Of a stretch of 64,000 nt of DNA, positions 1-11,288 are shown one piece after another. This DNA is from Haplodiscus bocki (Eukaryota): contig OZ296651.1 of the NCBI GenBank assembly GCA_965655095.1, forward strand, positions 60,884,001 through 60,948,000, in the 5' to 3' direction. The translations under genes and the position numbers were made by a program. The notes below the pieces were generated by a model, which had not been told where the DNA came from, ran no database searches, and was given only the letters and a program-made list of their open reading frames with translations. The stretch's first letter is position 1. Every line of letters starts with the position of its first letter.

Positions 1-1346
1 GCCCCATCTTCATTATAAAACTCCCGAAAATGGCAAGATTTTCTAACCCCGACTTGAAGTGGCAGTCAGTATCACACAACGAGCAACATCACACGCAAGC
101 AAAAATTAAATATTTAATGCGACTTGCTAACAGCCAGACAGATAAACATGAGAATCATAACAAACTGCCATTTTCAGTTGAAAAACCACGGTAATCAAAG
201 GCTCTTCACAAATCCAAAGAATCCCTCAAGGCTTTGAACTTGTGTTGATGGCATTACAGCTGAGTATCCGAACAATTACATACTCCGATGAACTTGATGA
301 ACGGTAAGGTCCCACGTAGTGTGTACAAAATGAAACCGGCAACCCCCCAACACTACAACGACGTCTTCGAAAACAGACGGGTGAAAAAATGGACTAAATT
401 TTTGCCAAGCAGTCACCTTCCGTTTCAGTAAATGGAAAGTTCGCTATGCAGAAGCTCTATTTAAAAAAGTTGTCCATTTAAAACGTGTAGGCACTGTTCG
501 AGGTCTTTTTAGGCGTTGCCATAATGTTTCATTTTAGGCCCCCTCCCTCTTTTAGATTTCACCTATTATTATTGCCCGCGAAATTTCTATTGGACCCGCT
601 GTTATTTATACCCACAATCAATCGGTACACCAGAATAAAAGAACTTCGTAATATTCAATTTCTTCGATGCCGAAAAGAATTAAAACTTTCCAAGGTCCGA
701 AAAAAAACAAACGCCAGTTATGCATTAGCTATATAAAAACTTCTAAAACCTTCCAACATCCTCGTGAAAAAATTACTCCGATGAAATTGATTAAACTTCA
801 ATTACTTCATCCTTTTCCTCACTGTATTCCGTATTATTTACAACAGCAAGATACCGAAACGATTACATTGAACTCCAACAATTTGGGCCATCCTCACACT
901 CAACGTTAGCGAAGCAAGGAACGAAGCCAATATTAATCACGGTGAGTTGTTAAGAGCCAGACAAAAAAGGCATCAATCGTAAGGATCTGGCACTGCCTGC
1001 TTCAACATAAAGGCCAGATGGAAATTCTCAGAACTTGCAATACAACACGACATACCATTGAGGCTTTAGCCAATCGATGGTGCTCAAGAAACGTGTTCGG
1101 GAAACCTTGTCAGCAATCATTTTCTCAAAAAACTCCAACTCAAACTTAGATATTTTCCACATAAAGTGTGAAACTTGACATCCCTGAATTTGGTCAGACC
1201 TTACTAATTGCAGGTGTTTAAACAAACAGCACGATGAAGCAATCTAATCAATAGTCTGAACAAAAATCATACTACAAAAAAATTCAGTCAAAAAAATTCT
1301 TCAAACTCTCAAAGTTGAAAATGAAACTTACAATAAATAGATATAA

Positions 1347-1414
1347 GGAGATTCCTGGCGATGAGGGAGATCCCGGGCGATAAGGCAGATCCCTGGCGAT
1401 AAGGGAGATCCCTG
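1347..1414. repeat. 19-bp minisatellite, about 3.6 copies (GGAGATCCCTGGCGATAAG consensus)
   Basis: Units read directly: ggagattcctggcgatgag / ggagatcccgggcgataag / gcagatccctggcgataag / ggagatccctg. Confidence 0.9.
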
Positions 1415-2063
1415 AATGATCCCCAGTAAAGCTTCCAAACAGCCCGTGCATGAATTGAAAACCGCCATCAGCAGTTATTTGCATTGAAATGGTATGATTA
1501 CATTATTGAGGGTATTGTTCAAAAAAATTGTTTCCGAAAACAACATTGTGGAAGGTGTTCTAAATTTCAAAGTCGAATAGTTTCCGAACGATAATGCAGA
1601 TAGAGACCCCTGCTTTCCAACAGATGTTAGAAACAGAGAGAATTGAAGTTAAAATTGGAATATTAGGGAACAAGAGTGACCAAGAAAGTCACTTTCGAAG
1701 ACATCATTTTGCTGAAAAACTTGTTTAAAATTATATCAATTCAAACTGAAATACTTGCTGCATAGTGCGTGAAAGTGGTGATCCGTGGCAACGAACAGGT
1801 TCTTCGAAATGGAAGTAGTTGCATTAAGAGAAAACGACCGCAACCACATCAACAGTTGTGTACACAGAACCAGAGCGAAACTTGACAACACATTCTGACA
1901 AGTCACATGACATCAAAGATAAAGCTCGCACATCCTCGTCCTGAGAGACATTTGAATCTTGATCGGACACAAGATTGAAACCATTACAAGGAAGTGTATC
2001 AAAAAAGTCTACATGCACTAGAAGTCTATCAAAAGGTTGTTTGGAAAAATCGAATTGACAACT

Positions 2064-2784
2064 CCATTGCAGCAATTAGGGATTTATGGACAAGGAAATA
2101 TCTAAAGGACTGTAGAAAATCGAATAAATTCCAACCTGTGTTCTTCGGTTGGAGAGGAAGACATGTACTTGGATTAGCCGGCAAAGTTGAACTGGGGAAT
2201 CTTTTTTAATCCCGGCTGGTAACTTGGAAATGTGGAGACTTTCAGATTTTGGAATTTCATGAACACAGTGAGACTTTTGTAAACATTGAAGTTATTCCCA
2301 CTAGGGTGCAACGCTTAAGAAGGAAGCTCCTTCCAAAGGGACTGGCTGGCAACGTCAAAATACGGAAAACTTCCAATCATGAACTGATGTACTGTCCAGA
2401 CGGAGGCCTGGCCAATCTCACGTGGTGATCTTTTGCTGAACTTTCTGGCACTGAACGGCACTTTCCGCAAGCACCTGCACGTAAAATCCCTGAAATGCAA
2501 GCACCTGCACGTAAAATCCCTGAAATGGTAATCTCAGAAATTTTCAGACGTCCTATACGTCGTGGGCAGCTATACTTTTCTGGTGGCCCAAACTTGGAAG
2601 TAAGTTATTTTAATCGGTAGAACCATAGATGTGAAGATAGTTTTGAATTATTGGTTTCACATAGAGTTAGAAAGCAGCAATTTCGAATGCTAGGGTGAGC
2701 AATGTCCTGTGTTAAATGAAAACCCAATGTAATACCAGTTTTGTTCAGCTTTCACTCCAGTTTTTCACTTTTTTCTATGTCCGG
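2064..2784 (-). mobile_element. Decayed 3' fragment of a non-LTR retrotransposon (LINE ORF2 C-terminus); left arm of a long inverted repeat
   Basis: Reverse complement of 3688-4223 (seen directly). It carries an extra ~175 bp (about 2266-2440) and a 30-bp duplication that the right arm lacks. The LINE identity is inferred from the relic translation of the right arm. Confidence 0.5.
2467..2526. repeat. Perfect 30-bp tandem duplication
   Basis: gcaagcacctgcacgtaaaatccctgaaat occurs twice in tandem. Confidence 0.95.
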
Positions 2785-3633
2785 AAACTCGAAAAAGTTC
2801 ATGTGTCAATCGTGTCATTTTAGATTTTTCATTTTGCTGCCCAACGTTTAGGTTTACATTTTCAACAACGCCAAATTTAGCAGTACTAGATGTTCCAAAA
2901 AACGTTATATAAAGAATTTCGAGCTCTCAGAATGACAAATAATAGTCAACAACAGCTTCAAAAGTTTTCTATCAATTGTCAATCATAAGAACTTGCGACC
3001 CTCAATTGAAACATCCATCACAAAATTGAAAAATTTGGGTCGAAGCGTAAATAATTTTCATTATCTAACTTAAACTTTCACAAAAAGCATTGTCAGCCTT
3101 GATGAATTACAGGCGGATGTGCCCACTTAAACGAAGTTCCCATTTCCCATGTCTTGTTTACTAATATTTCCCACTGCATTTTGAGAACTCGAAATTTCTA
3201 CAGGTAACATTGTTTGAGGAATTCTATTGTCTCAAATTCAACATATGTTTATGTCATTCATGTGTTTTAACGTTACGCCATTTTGGAGCCAAACGTATAC
3301 GAAGTTTGAACAATAAACAGCGCAAATATGAACAAGTAGATGCCGAAAGAGGATGGTTTTGACCGTTCACACTAAACTCTCTGAAGACGTCAACAAATGG
3401 AAGTTTCGGACGGGATAAAAACTGCAAATGCGGGTTTCCATATATACACCTCATTCCTTCAAGTCAAAAAGAGAGAAAGACCGCGGCAGAAAAAGTTCAT
3501 TTAATTTACTGACTGTCCATCTCAAAGGTCCTGGATTTCGTCTGCTTCGCTTCATAATATGTTGAAAATGGCAAAAATGTAATATTTAAGGAAGTTCGAA
3601 AATTCGACTGGTTCCAATCATGTGTTTATTACA

Positions 3634-3668
3634 AGCATTGAAAGAGCATTGAAGGAGCATTGAAAGAG
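3634..3668. repeat. 11-bp tandem repeat, 3 copies (AGCATTGAAAG)
   Basis: agcattgaaag agcattgaagg agcattgaaag read directly. Confidence 0.9.
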
Positions 3669-3687
3669 AAGTATCACTGATTTAACG

Positions 3688-4223
3688 GCCGGATATAGAG
3701 AAAAAGTTACTCGTGAAAAACTGGGATGCAAGCTGAACAAAACTGGTTTACATTGGGTTTTCATTTAACACAGGACATTGCTCACCCTAGCATTCGAAAT
3801 TGCTGCTTTCTAACTCTATGTGAAACCAATAATTCAAAACTATCTTCACATCTATGGTTCTACCGATTAAAATAACTTACTTCCAAGTTTGGGCCACCAG
3901 AAAAGTATAGCTGCCCACGACGTATAGGACGTCGGAAAATTTCTGAGATTATCATTTCAAAGACTTTACGTCCAACAGGTGCTTGCGGAAAGTGCCGTTC
4001 AATCCCAGGAAATGTTCATGAAATTCGAAAATCTGAAAGCCTCCACATCATTTCCAAGTTACCAGCCGGGATTAAAAATGGAAAACATTCCCTAGTTCAA
4101 CTTTGCCGGCTAATCCAACTACAAGTTTTCCTCTCCAGCCGAAGAACATAGGTTGGAATAAATTCGATTTTATACAAAATCTCACAATTTTCCTTGTCCG
4201 TGAATCTCTAATTGTGGCAATGG
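3688..4223 (+). mobile_element. Decayed LINE ORF2 C-terminal fragment; right arm of the inverted repeat
   Basis: Broken-frame translation DIEKKLL...KLNK...LYVKPIIQNYLHIYGSTD*NNLLPSLGHQKSIA resembles the post-RT region of L2/CR1-clade ORF2 (IDxxLxF..H..KL..Y..YVKPIIQY...YG...QK). Many stops and frameshifts. Confidence 0.5.
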
Positions 4224-6272
4224 CCATCATTTTCCTCGGTGATTTACACGGTATTGGAATTGAAACCTATTCCCAAATTCACCATGGCCGGCTACTCCCT
4301 CTTCGCATATCCTCCCTAAGCCTGGTCCACAATTTGGAATGAACACAAATTTCTCAATATTGTTCTTCATTGCCCCGGTCACGAAGTTTCAGAAAAGCCA
4401 CGCCCATTTCCGGATATTGCCCAAATTGGAATCGAAAGCTTTTACACCAGTTCGACTCCCCCAGCTCTTGTCATACCTTTCGACAATCTCCTAAACCTAA
4501 AACTGGAGTCGAACGATTTTAATGTTTCGAGATTTTCGTCAGATACTGCATTCGCAACACCTGGGAAGAATGCCCACACCCTGGCCGGGAAACTAATCCT
4601 CGTTGAAAATCAAAAGTATTGCACAAATTAACTGCGTCGGCCACGACCACTAAATGGCATATTCACCCAAAGCCCTGTACAGAAGGTGAATGAATTTCAA
4701 AATTTTCATTAGTCCTTTTCTTTTCGTTTCGAAACTTGGGAAGCAACTCCTTTGCCTGGACAATGCACCCCATTAGAATTGGAAAGTCTTCCGCAATTCA
4801 GATTCGCTGACCACTCCCACTTATCATATCCAGCCTGAACTCTAGAACCAAAGTGAAATAATTTTGGTGTCCTGATGATTCTTTCATCTTCTCCGTTCCA
4901 ACTGCTTGGGGAGAGAAAGCTACACCCTTACCCGGACACTGATTCGGATGACGTTTCCTTAAGTTTTAACTAACTCAATTTTCCCCATTCAATCGCATTA
5001 CTAGCGCTTCTTAGTAAGAGTACATTTACAGGATTTTTTCTAATTCGCGCGACCTCGCCGTCTTTATGCTGGTCCAACGGATCCCCTTCACCTTTAGTCC
5101 ACTTTATTACAAATTGAGGGAAAAGATTCAAAAGTTAATATGCTTTACCCAAGTATATGTAGATTCACCGAGTACAAAAAAATTCCGTTTAATCAGTGGT
5201 TCGAAGTTGACAACAACCTACTCTTAGAGAATAGCATTATGGAAGAATCTATGATCAACCTGAGGAAACGAAATTCAAAATTTCATCTCAAATACCGAGT
5301 TAGCAGGACTCTACAACATGAAACCCCAATCTAAGACTAAATTGAGTCTTTTGAGATTGACTTTCAATCAATGTTGCATTTGAAAGACTCGTATGGTATT
5401 CAAGCTCATTACTATCATTGACCCCATGGAAGAAAGAAACAAAGGCAATTTCTTCCAGTGGAATTTCCTCTCAGAAGCATCGGGATTCGAACGATTTTCT
5501 GCCCGGAGGACATACCATTGGTTGGGGGCCTCTCATTCTTTTACAAGTTTACGTTGAAAAGTTTGAAACTTCTCCCCTACATTGTTTCATGATACACGTC
5601 GGAAACCGAGAAATCTCATAAAAAAATGCCAGAAACGTTGTGACCTTCGCGTAAATTGAATAATTTTAACATATTCATACGAAACTTTCCGTGATTACAC
5701 CTTGCTCACGCAAAAAAAGTCAGCGATTAGTTACATTCACGACGACTCTCTAAAAGTCATTGTTGGTATCCAGAATACAACTCTACCATATTGACGTTTC
5801 TGGCCGATGAACGACAGTGCTAAATTTCATAACTTTACAGCGTTACATTTTTGATGTATATGTCGGATAATCAAGTGGCGGTCAATCGGAGGAGCTGAAT
5901 TTAAAGACTATATAATTTTCAGGTTTACGGAGGATATTTGATTGGCTGATAATTGACAGTCGTAAACTTTCCAATTTCACAACTTTCAAAAAATGCTTAT
6001 GGCGGCAAATCGAAAGGCAGTAAAATGAGAGTGAATTTTATATGATTTACAAAGAAAAAGACAGTCTGCTGAATAAAGGCAGCCAGTTGAAAATGCAGTC
6101 GGATGTTTTAATTTACAATTTCGTTACATTAACAGGCTGCAAATGGCTGGGAAGAATAGGTCAAGAGGTGTTCTGTAAAATCGAATACCTCGGCTTCGAT
6201 ATTGAAAGCTAGAATTTTGTGCCCAAAGGTAGCTGTCCTATAACTTTTCAAAAATTATTTTTCTGTTCCCTG

Positions 6273-9200
6273 CTATGTCTTTCGTCCTCGTTGCTCTGAA
6301 TCTTGCCATGTCATAGGAACACAACAAAACATACGACCACGCATCGAGGATGCAACACATTAAAGCGCTAAAAAAATTGGGATTAAGCAAGTTTAGCAAA
6401 AAATCTTAGCACACTGAAGAATTGCACACTATAAAAGAATCGAAATTTCGCTTCCAGTGGTCTACTGATCAATTTTTGCCACTTCGAATATTTAACAGTT
6501 TTTCGACGCTTTGTGAATCGACAATGTTTTGACGCGACGAATAGTCACCATTTTGAAAAAAGATGCGAATTAACGTGACAAATTTGAAAGTATTTGAATC
6601 AGGTACTTGAAATATTAGTGACGTTCGCTCTAGCTTGGGGAAGCGACAAAAATAAATATAAAGAATAAAAATAATGAGAAGGAATTACCTGGTTCAGTTT
6701 AGCGCTCAGCCTCCCTCAATCGGTTAATCACGACAGCGTTTGCGAAAAAAAAGTAAAATCTACAGGCATCAAGACAAGCTTAATGCCCAAAAACATGGCA
6801 CTTGTGAAATAATCGGATGTCAAATTCATGCACCTGATGTCCTTTCTTTGATTGGTGTGATAAAAATCAAACTAAAGATTTTACAAAATGTATGAAGTTC
6901 AGGCTCAAGACAGGGGCCTCTGGTCTCTTTCGCCTGTCCTCTGCCTCTCAAAACTGTAAATGCTTGACTAAAATTAACCTAACTACATGATTTGATTCTT
7001 CGTTATAATGCTATTTAAGATTCCTGTCAAAGTTGTGGAAATTTACAGTTTGGACAAAGTAAATTCTTATGTAATTAATTTATTCGATAAACCGTCGCTT
7101 TGACATGATAGATTATTACTGACACAATTGCACATTCCACATCAATTGTTTCAATGATCCAAAGTTAGAATATTAAATTCGATTTTATGACACCGGTTTT
7201 CGTAGATTCAATCGAAAAAATCTGGCACTGAAACTGGATCCAGAACCCGGATTAGGCTTTCAAAAATCAATAGCGGATTTGATTCAAATAACCGGATTCC
7301 AAATAACGCTAACACTTGAATACACCTGTGATGAAGCGAAAAAAAACTTATACCTGATAATCTGTATCCACACATGAATACCTCGTAGAAAGTTTGTTCA
7401 CGTAAGTCCGGGATCCATCTGTCAGAAGTGCGTCCATTTTCACAAAGACACGATATTCGGATCCGTTCCGCGCCCTGTAAAATATGCAGTCGCCCCTGAA
7501 CCAGTAAGTTGCGTGTATGAAACATTCATGTTACGTACACACATATAAAGGACTTTCATGTATTTTCATGTTCAATTGAGTTCGAAATCAAAACATGTAG
7601 CCACAGAGATAAATTTCGAGATTTCAGTCTTAAATGCTCCGTACTTTAGAAAACTTTGAACAAGGGACCACATTGCAGAAAAATGAGTTTTTAATGTTTT
7701 TCTCAGCTCTTTTATCATGTTAAAGCAAGATCACAACAGTATTATAGAACATTTATGATTATATTGACATTACAAGTATCGAAATAGCAGTTCTGAGACA
7801 CGGAGGGGCCAGGAATTGGTTATTCGCTTCTAAAGCACTCGCCTTTACACCTATATACTATTAATTAAAGAAAAGAGTCAGTAATTCATTTCTACCACAA
7901 GTTTAACCTTTTCAGATAAGATACCAGGAGGTAATCATCGAAAAAGGAAGAAGTCAAACAAAAACAGCTTGATCTCTCTGCGCAACATAAAAGATGAATC
8001 CAAAAAAACGCAAAGAAAAAATGAATTGACCAAGTTACAAAATGTCCGTATGGGAGGGATTCGATCTTTTCAAACAGTTTGTTTGTTGGAAAAAAATCAG
8101 TAGGCCTAAAAAAATCGCATCCGGTTTTTATTGAGCGTAAAATATTCGGCTTTGCGGACACTTCTGTTTTACAAAAAGGTGAACCAAAAGAGTATCACAA
8201 GAAAATATAGCCCAAAAAATAACTACCAACAAAAAAGCATGTTACGTTCAATTTTCGATATCTGGAACGTCTTACGCACTGTCTATAAATGTGAACGAAG
8301 CGATTTTGAGAGGCCAGTCATTGAGAACGTCAACCACTGAAAACGAAAGATATTGCAGCTCATGTCGGTTGAAAATTTACTGCGATAGTCTGGCGTGTTT
8401 CACGCCCCCCACTTAGAAGGACAGAGCCCTTAGTCACCCGAATTTTGAACGAGCGAATATTCGAAAAGCAACGAATGGTTGCAAACCGATCGTTAGTCAT
8501 TCAGAAACAGATGTTCTCAATAAATCAGCAACTATTTCATGAAAAATGCAAGTACAAAAAATTTTCACAGATCCAATATACTTCCATCACTACTACTAAG
8601 CTTAACCTCAATCTACCGAGTGCTCGTATAACCGCAGCATGATCGCAATCCTACAAATTTTCTGGAAAGAAAAATTTCTGAAAAGCAAACATCTACTCAA
8701 AATTCAAAATACATAAAAAACACTAGGATTAGAATAAAACGCCAACTTGCATTTCAGCAATCCCATAGTGCAACTGAAGACCATAAACATCAATTGAATT
8801 CGAAAAAACCATAATGATTTACCTGATGACCAATTTCGAAATTAAGGCGTAGCGGAGAAAGATACTTTACCTGTTGAATAGGATAACATTCTAGAAACTC
8901 GAACAGTAGCTCAAGCTCTTCCAGTAGCAGACGAAGAAGACGACAACATTGACACACAGACAAAGCTCCGTTTCGCAACACTTGCGCCAACGGAAAGTGC
9001 AAACTTCTTACTTAAAACATGAATTTTTAATTCTCAAGCGACATTGGCTCGGTCGGTAGACCATGAAATGGCTGTGCGGTCCCTAAAATACCTTACTCTC
9101 AAACTGGCACACTGGAAAAAGGCCACATGAACAAAAATTGCAACAGAGCGAGAACGCATGATCAAAATCTCGGCTCATTGAATCTCGAAAAAATGCGAGT

Positions 9201-9389
9201 TAGGAAAATTGTGAACGGAAGAAACATTGGCAAAAGCCTGCGACGTAAAACTTGCTTTCGCAAGTGTAACACAGGTGCCACACGGAGCTTTGCAAAGCTG
9301 GAACCACCAGTCTTGAGAACAAATCCCGGAAAGTTTATACTTCGGAGAACTTCTAAAAGTATGACGAACAATTTCCAAAATTTGCTCAC
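6273..9389 (-). pseudogene. Spliced rhodopsin-class (peptide-receptor-like) GPCR pseudogene, interrupted by about 1.8 kb between TM4 and ECL2
   Basis: Ordered relics: TM1-like LLPMFLPFTIFL..PRF*SCVL (~9230-9140); TM3 VCYWKSLSYCSSF*NVILFN-R joined across a 48-nt GT-AG intron (8870-8823) to *IIMVFS, a DRY-equivalent NR[Y->stop]; TM4 VGVLF*S*CFLCILNF (~8745-8700); ECL2/TM5 IRCMNLTSDYFTSAMFLGIKLVLMPV..FFANAVVINRLRE (~6840-6710); a 55-nt GT-AG intron (6688-6634); TM7 LLNLLNP plus tail SMRGRMFCC (~6400-6320). Multiple stops and frameshifts. Confidence 0.55.
7850..8433 (+). mobile_element. Possible non-autonomous Helitron-like insertion (about 580 bp)
   Basis: The 5' end cCTATATACTATTAATTAAAGAAAAGAG follows an A and resembles Helitron TC-TATA starts. 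The 3' end has GC-rich hairpins (ggcgtg-ttt-cacgcc; agg-acagagc-cct) followed by TAG|T. Both termini are one base off canonical TC...CTAG. Confidence 0.4.
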
Positions 9390-10276
9390 ACATTGAACGG
9401 CGAAACAAAATTGAGCAGTCAGCTGAAAAGCCTATTCTAGAAGTCACCGAAACTTCCAATAAAACGGATTTTTTCTGAAAAATATAAAAAATACGTCAGG
9501 AAAACTTTAAAAAACAAACGTAGTTTAAGTTCTCGTGAATTTCAAGAAACAATGTCAGATAATCCGCAGCAAAAAAGCAATCGCTGAAACTAAACAGCTT
9601 AGCTTCACTACTCGGCGAATATTTTACAAAAAACACAGTCAAAATCCGATTGATCTTCATTGAGAATGTATGACCCATAAGAGACGCATGTAAAAAAAAC
9701 AATTTTCCAATCACAAGTTCAGTTGTATCCAAGGACAAGTAAAGAACTTGCCATAATGGCTGCTTACCGGAAAATGCACGTTGCTAACGATTCCAAACAC
9801 TCGAAAAGTGCGTTTAACTGCGGTAAACTGAAATAAAGAGCTTCTATCACTCAAAAAACTGCGCAGAAATTTCATTTTGGATTCATTGATGAATAGTTTT
9901 GACGATAGTTCAAACATACTTCACAAAAAAAGTTTTTTGGGTGTTTTGTCAACAGAAAAGAACCCTCAAGACCAATTTCAAACCCAAAGAACTATGAAAA
10001 AAAACCATTCATGGGGTACCAGCTATTTAAAATCCAAAACTTGTTAACAGTGGTTTAGTGGATAGTACTAATATTTTTCTAAAATTTTGATGAAATATAT
10101 TCAAAAATGCTAAAAGTTCATTGCCTTGCAGAATTTATTCACTTTGGGTGTTAACAAATATGTTATGGATGACTTCAAGCCAACAGATGTACTCTGAGGT
10201 AAAGATTTGACAAAACAACGCCACTGAAAATTTGTCAGAATTCAAGTTAAAAATAAATCTCGCAACAAGAATTTAA

Positions 10277-10282
10277 TTTATT
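10277..10282 (-). promoter_or_regulatory. Candidate polyadenylation signal (AATAAA) of the small spliced gene
   Basis: tttatt on the + strand, about 32 nt downstream of the predicted TAA at 10316-10314. The motif is common in AT-rich DNA. Confidence 0.45.
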
Positions 10283-10313
10283 CATGGGATATTAATTTTA
10301 ATTCGAAAAACAT

Positions 10314-11288
10314 TTACGAAACTGCTGATGGTACCTGAGCAGCGAAGAGTATTGATACGATGTCACGAACGTGAGTTTCCCATTAAAAACGGGTTCTTTT
10401 CGGGCCACAAAAACACTTCAAAAACCGAGAATCGATACCTGCGCATCGCTCACTTTACCTCGAAGCTATCGGAAAATTTGAATGAATCTATGCCTAGAAG
10501 AGCTACCGCATGCATTACAAATGCTACTAAACAGAGGCTAGCAATATATCCTTTTTTCTAAAAAGTTAATTCAAAATTTCTAAATTCCGCGGTTATTTTT
10601 TCTCTAGTATGAACTGACGTGTTTGTTGTGGCAAGTTATACAATTTTTGTGCATTTATAGCCGTGTTTGTAGCAATTGTTCAAGAGACTTTCAATAACTC
10701 TCAAAAATAAGGATTTCATGTTAATTAACGATGACGAAAAACAATTTGCAAACTGTATCATGCAAACTTAAAGGGAAAGAACCAAAAAAAACAGAAGAGG
10801 TATCATAAAAAGTTTTTTCTAGAATCAATTTGGAGGAGGTGGTGGTAATTGTCCGCGGAGATAATAAAAAATACACCGGTAAAACACATCCAAACGTACC
10901 GGCAGTTGAATTGTCAGTTTGTCTGGCAGCTGAATAGGCTTGTATATTTTGTGTTGATGCATCGCTACACGTGACGAAGATGACGGAATTGCTGACTTCC
11001 TCTGAACAAGATCTCCTCCTTTGCTCCAATTTTTACTGTTACTCCCAGCGCTTTTGTTGTCCTGACTGCTGTACTTGTCTTCGGGTAACAATTTGGGCAC
11101 CATGTAATAGAGAAAGGCGGCTGTAGATACACCCCCCGTGACCAGGTAAGGCCAATTTGATGAATCGCTGAGGTAGTTAACAACGTCCTTGGGCGAGTTG
11201 AAGGTAGTCCTGAATTATAGAAAAATTGGCCATAAGTCGACGACTTTTGATCACAGTTCCAACATCACTAATTAAAGGTCTAATACAT
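10314..11288 (-). CDS. Intact-looking 4-exon gene for a ~143-aa protein with two hydrophobic segments; family not recognised
   Basis: Coding exons 11288-11287 (AT), 11209-10900, 10557-10459 and 10334-10314; GT-AG introns of 77, 342 and 124 nt with compatible phases and no internal stop. Product MTTFNSPKDVVNYLSDSSNWPYLVTGGVSTAAFLYYMVPKLLPEDKYSSQDNKSAGSNSKNWSKGGDLVQRKSAIPSSSSRVAMHQHKIYKPIQLPDKLTIQLP|KKGYIASLCLVAFVMHAVALLGIDSFKFSDSFE|VPSAVS*. Exons are richer in GC than the flanks. The two middle exons are best supported; the terminal exons are less certain. Confidence 0.7.

Noticed and set aside
870-1150. Secreted-protein relic (hydrophobic stretch followed by an RQKR furin-like site)
   Set aside because: There is no start codon, a stop follows immediately after RQKRHQS, and no downstream domain is recognisable.
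10900-11209. Exon as the N-terminus of a long-chain acyl-CoA synthetase (TM anchor followed by P..L..Q.P before an intron)
   Set aside because: The resemblance is superficial. The next in-phase exons lead to a second hydrophobic segment and a stop, and no AMP-binding domain exons were found downstream.
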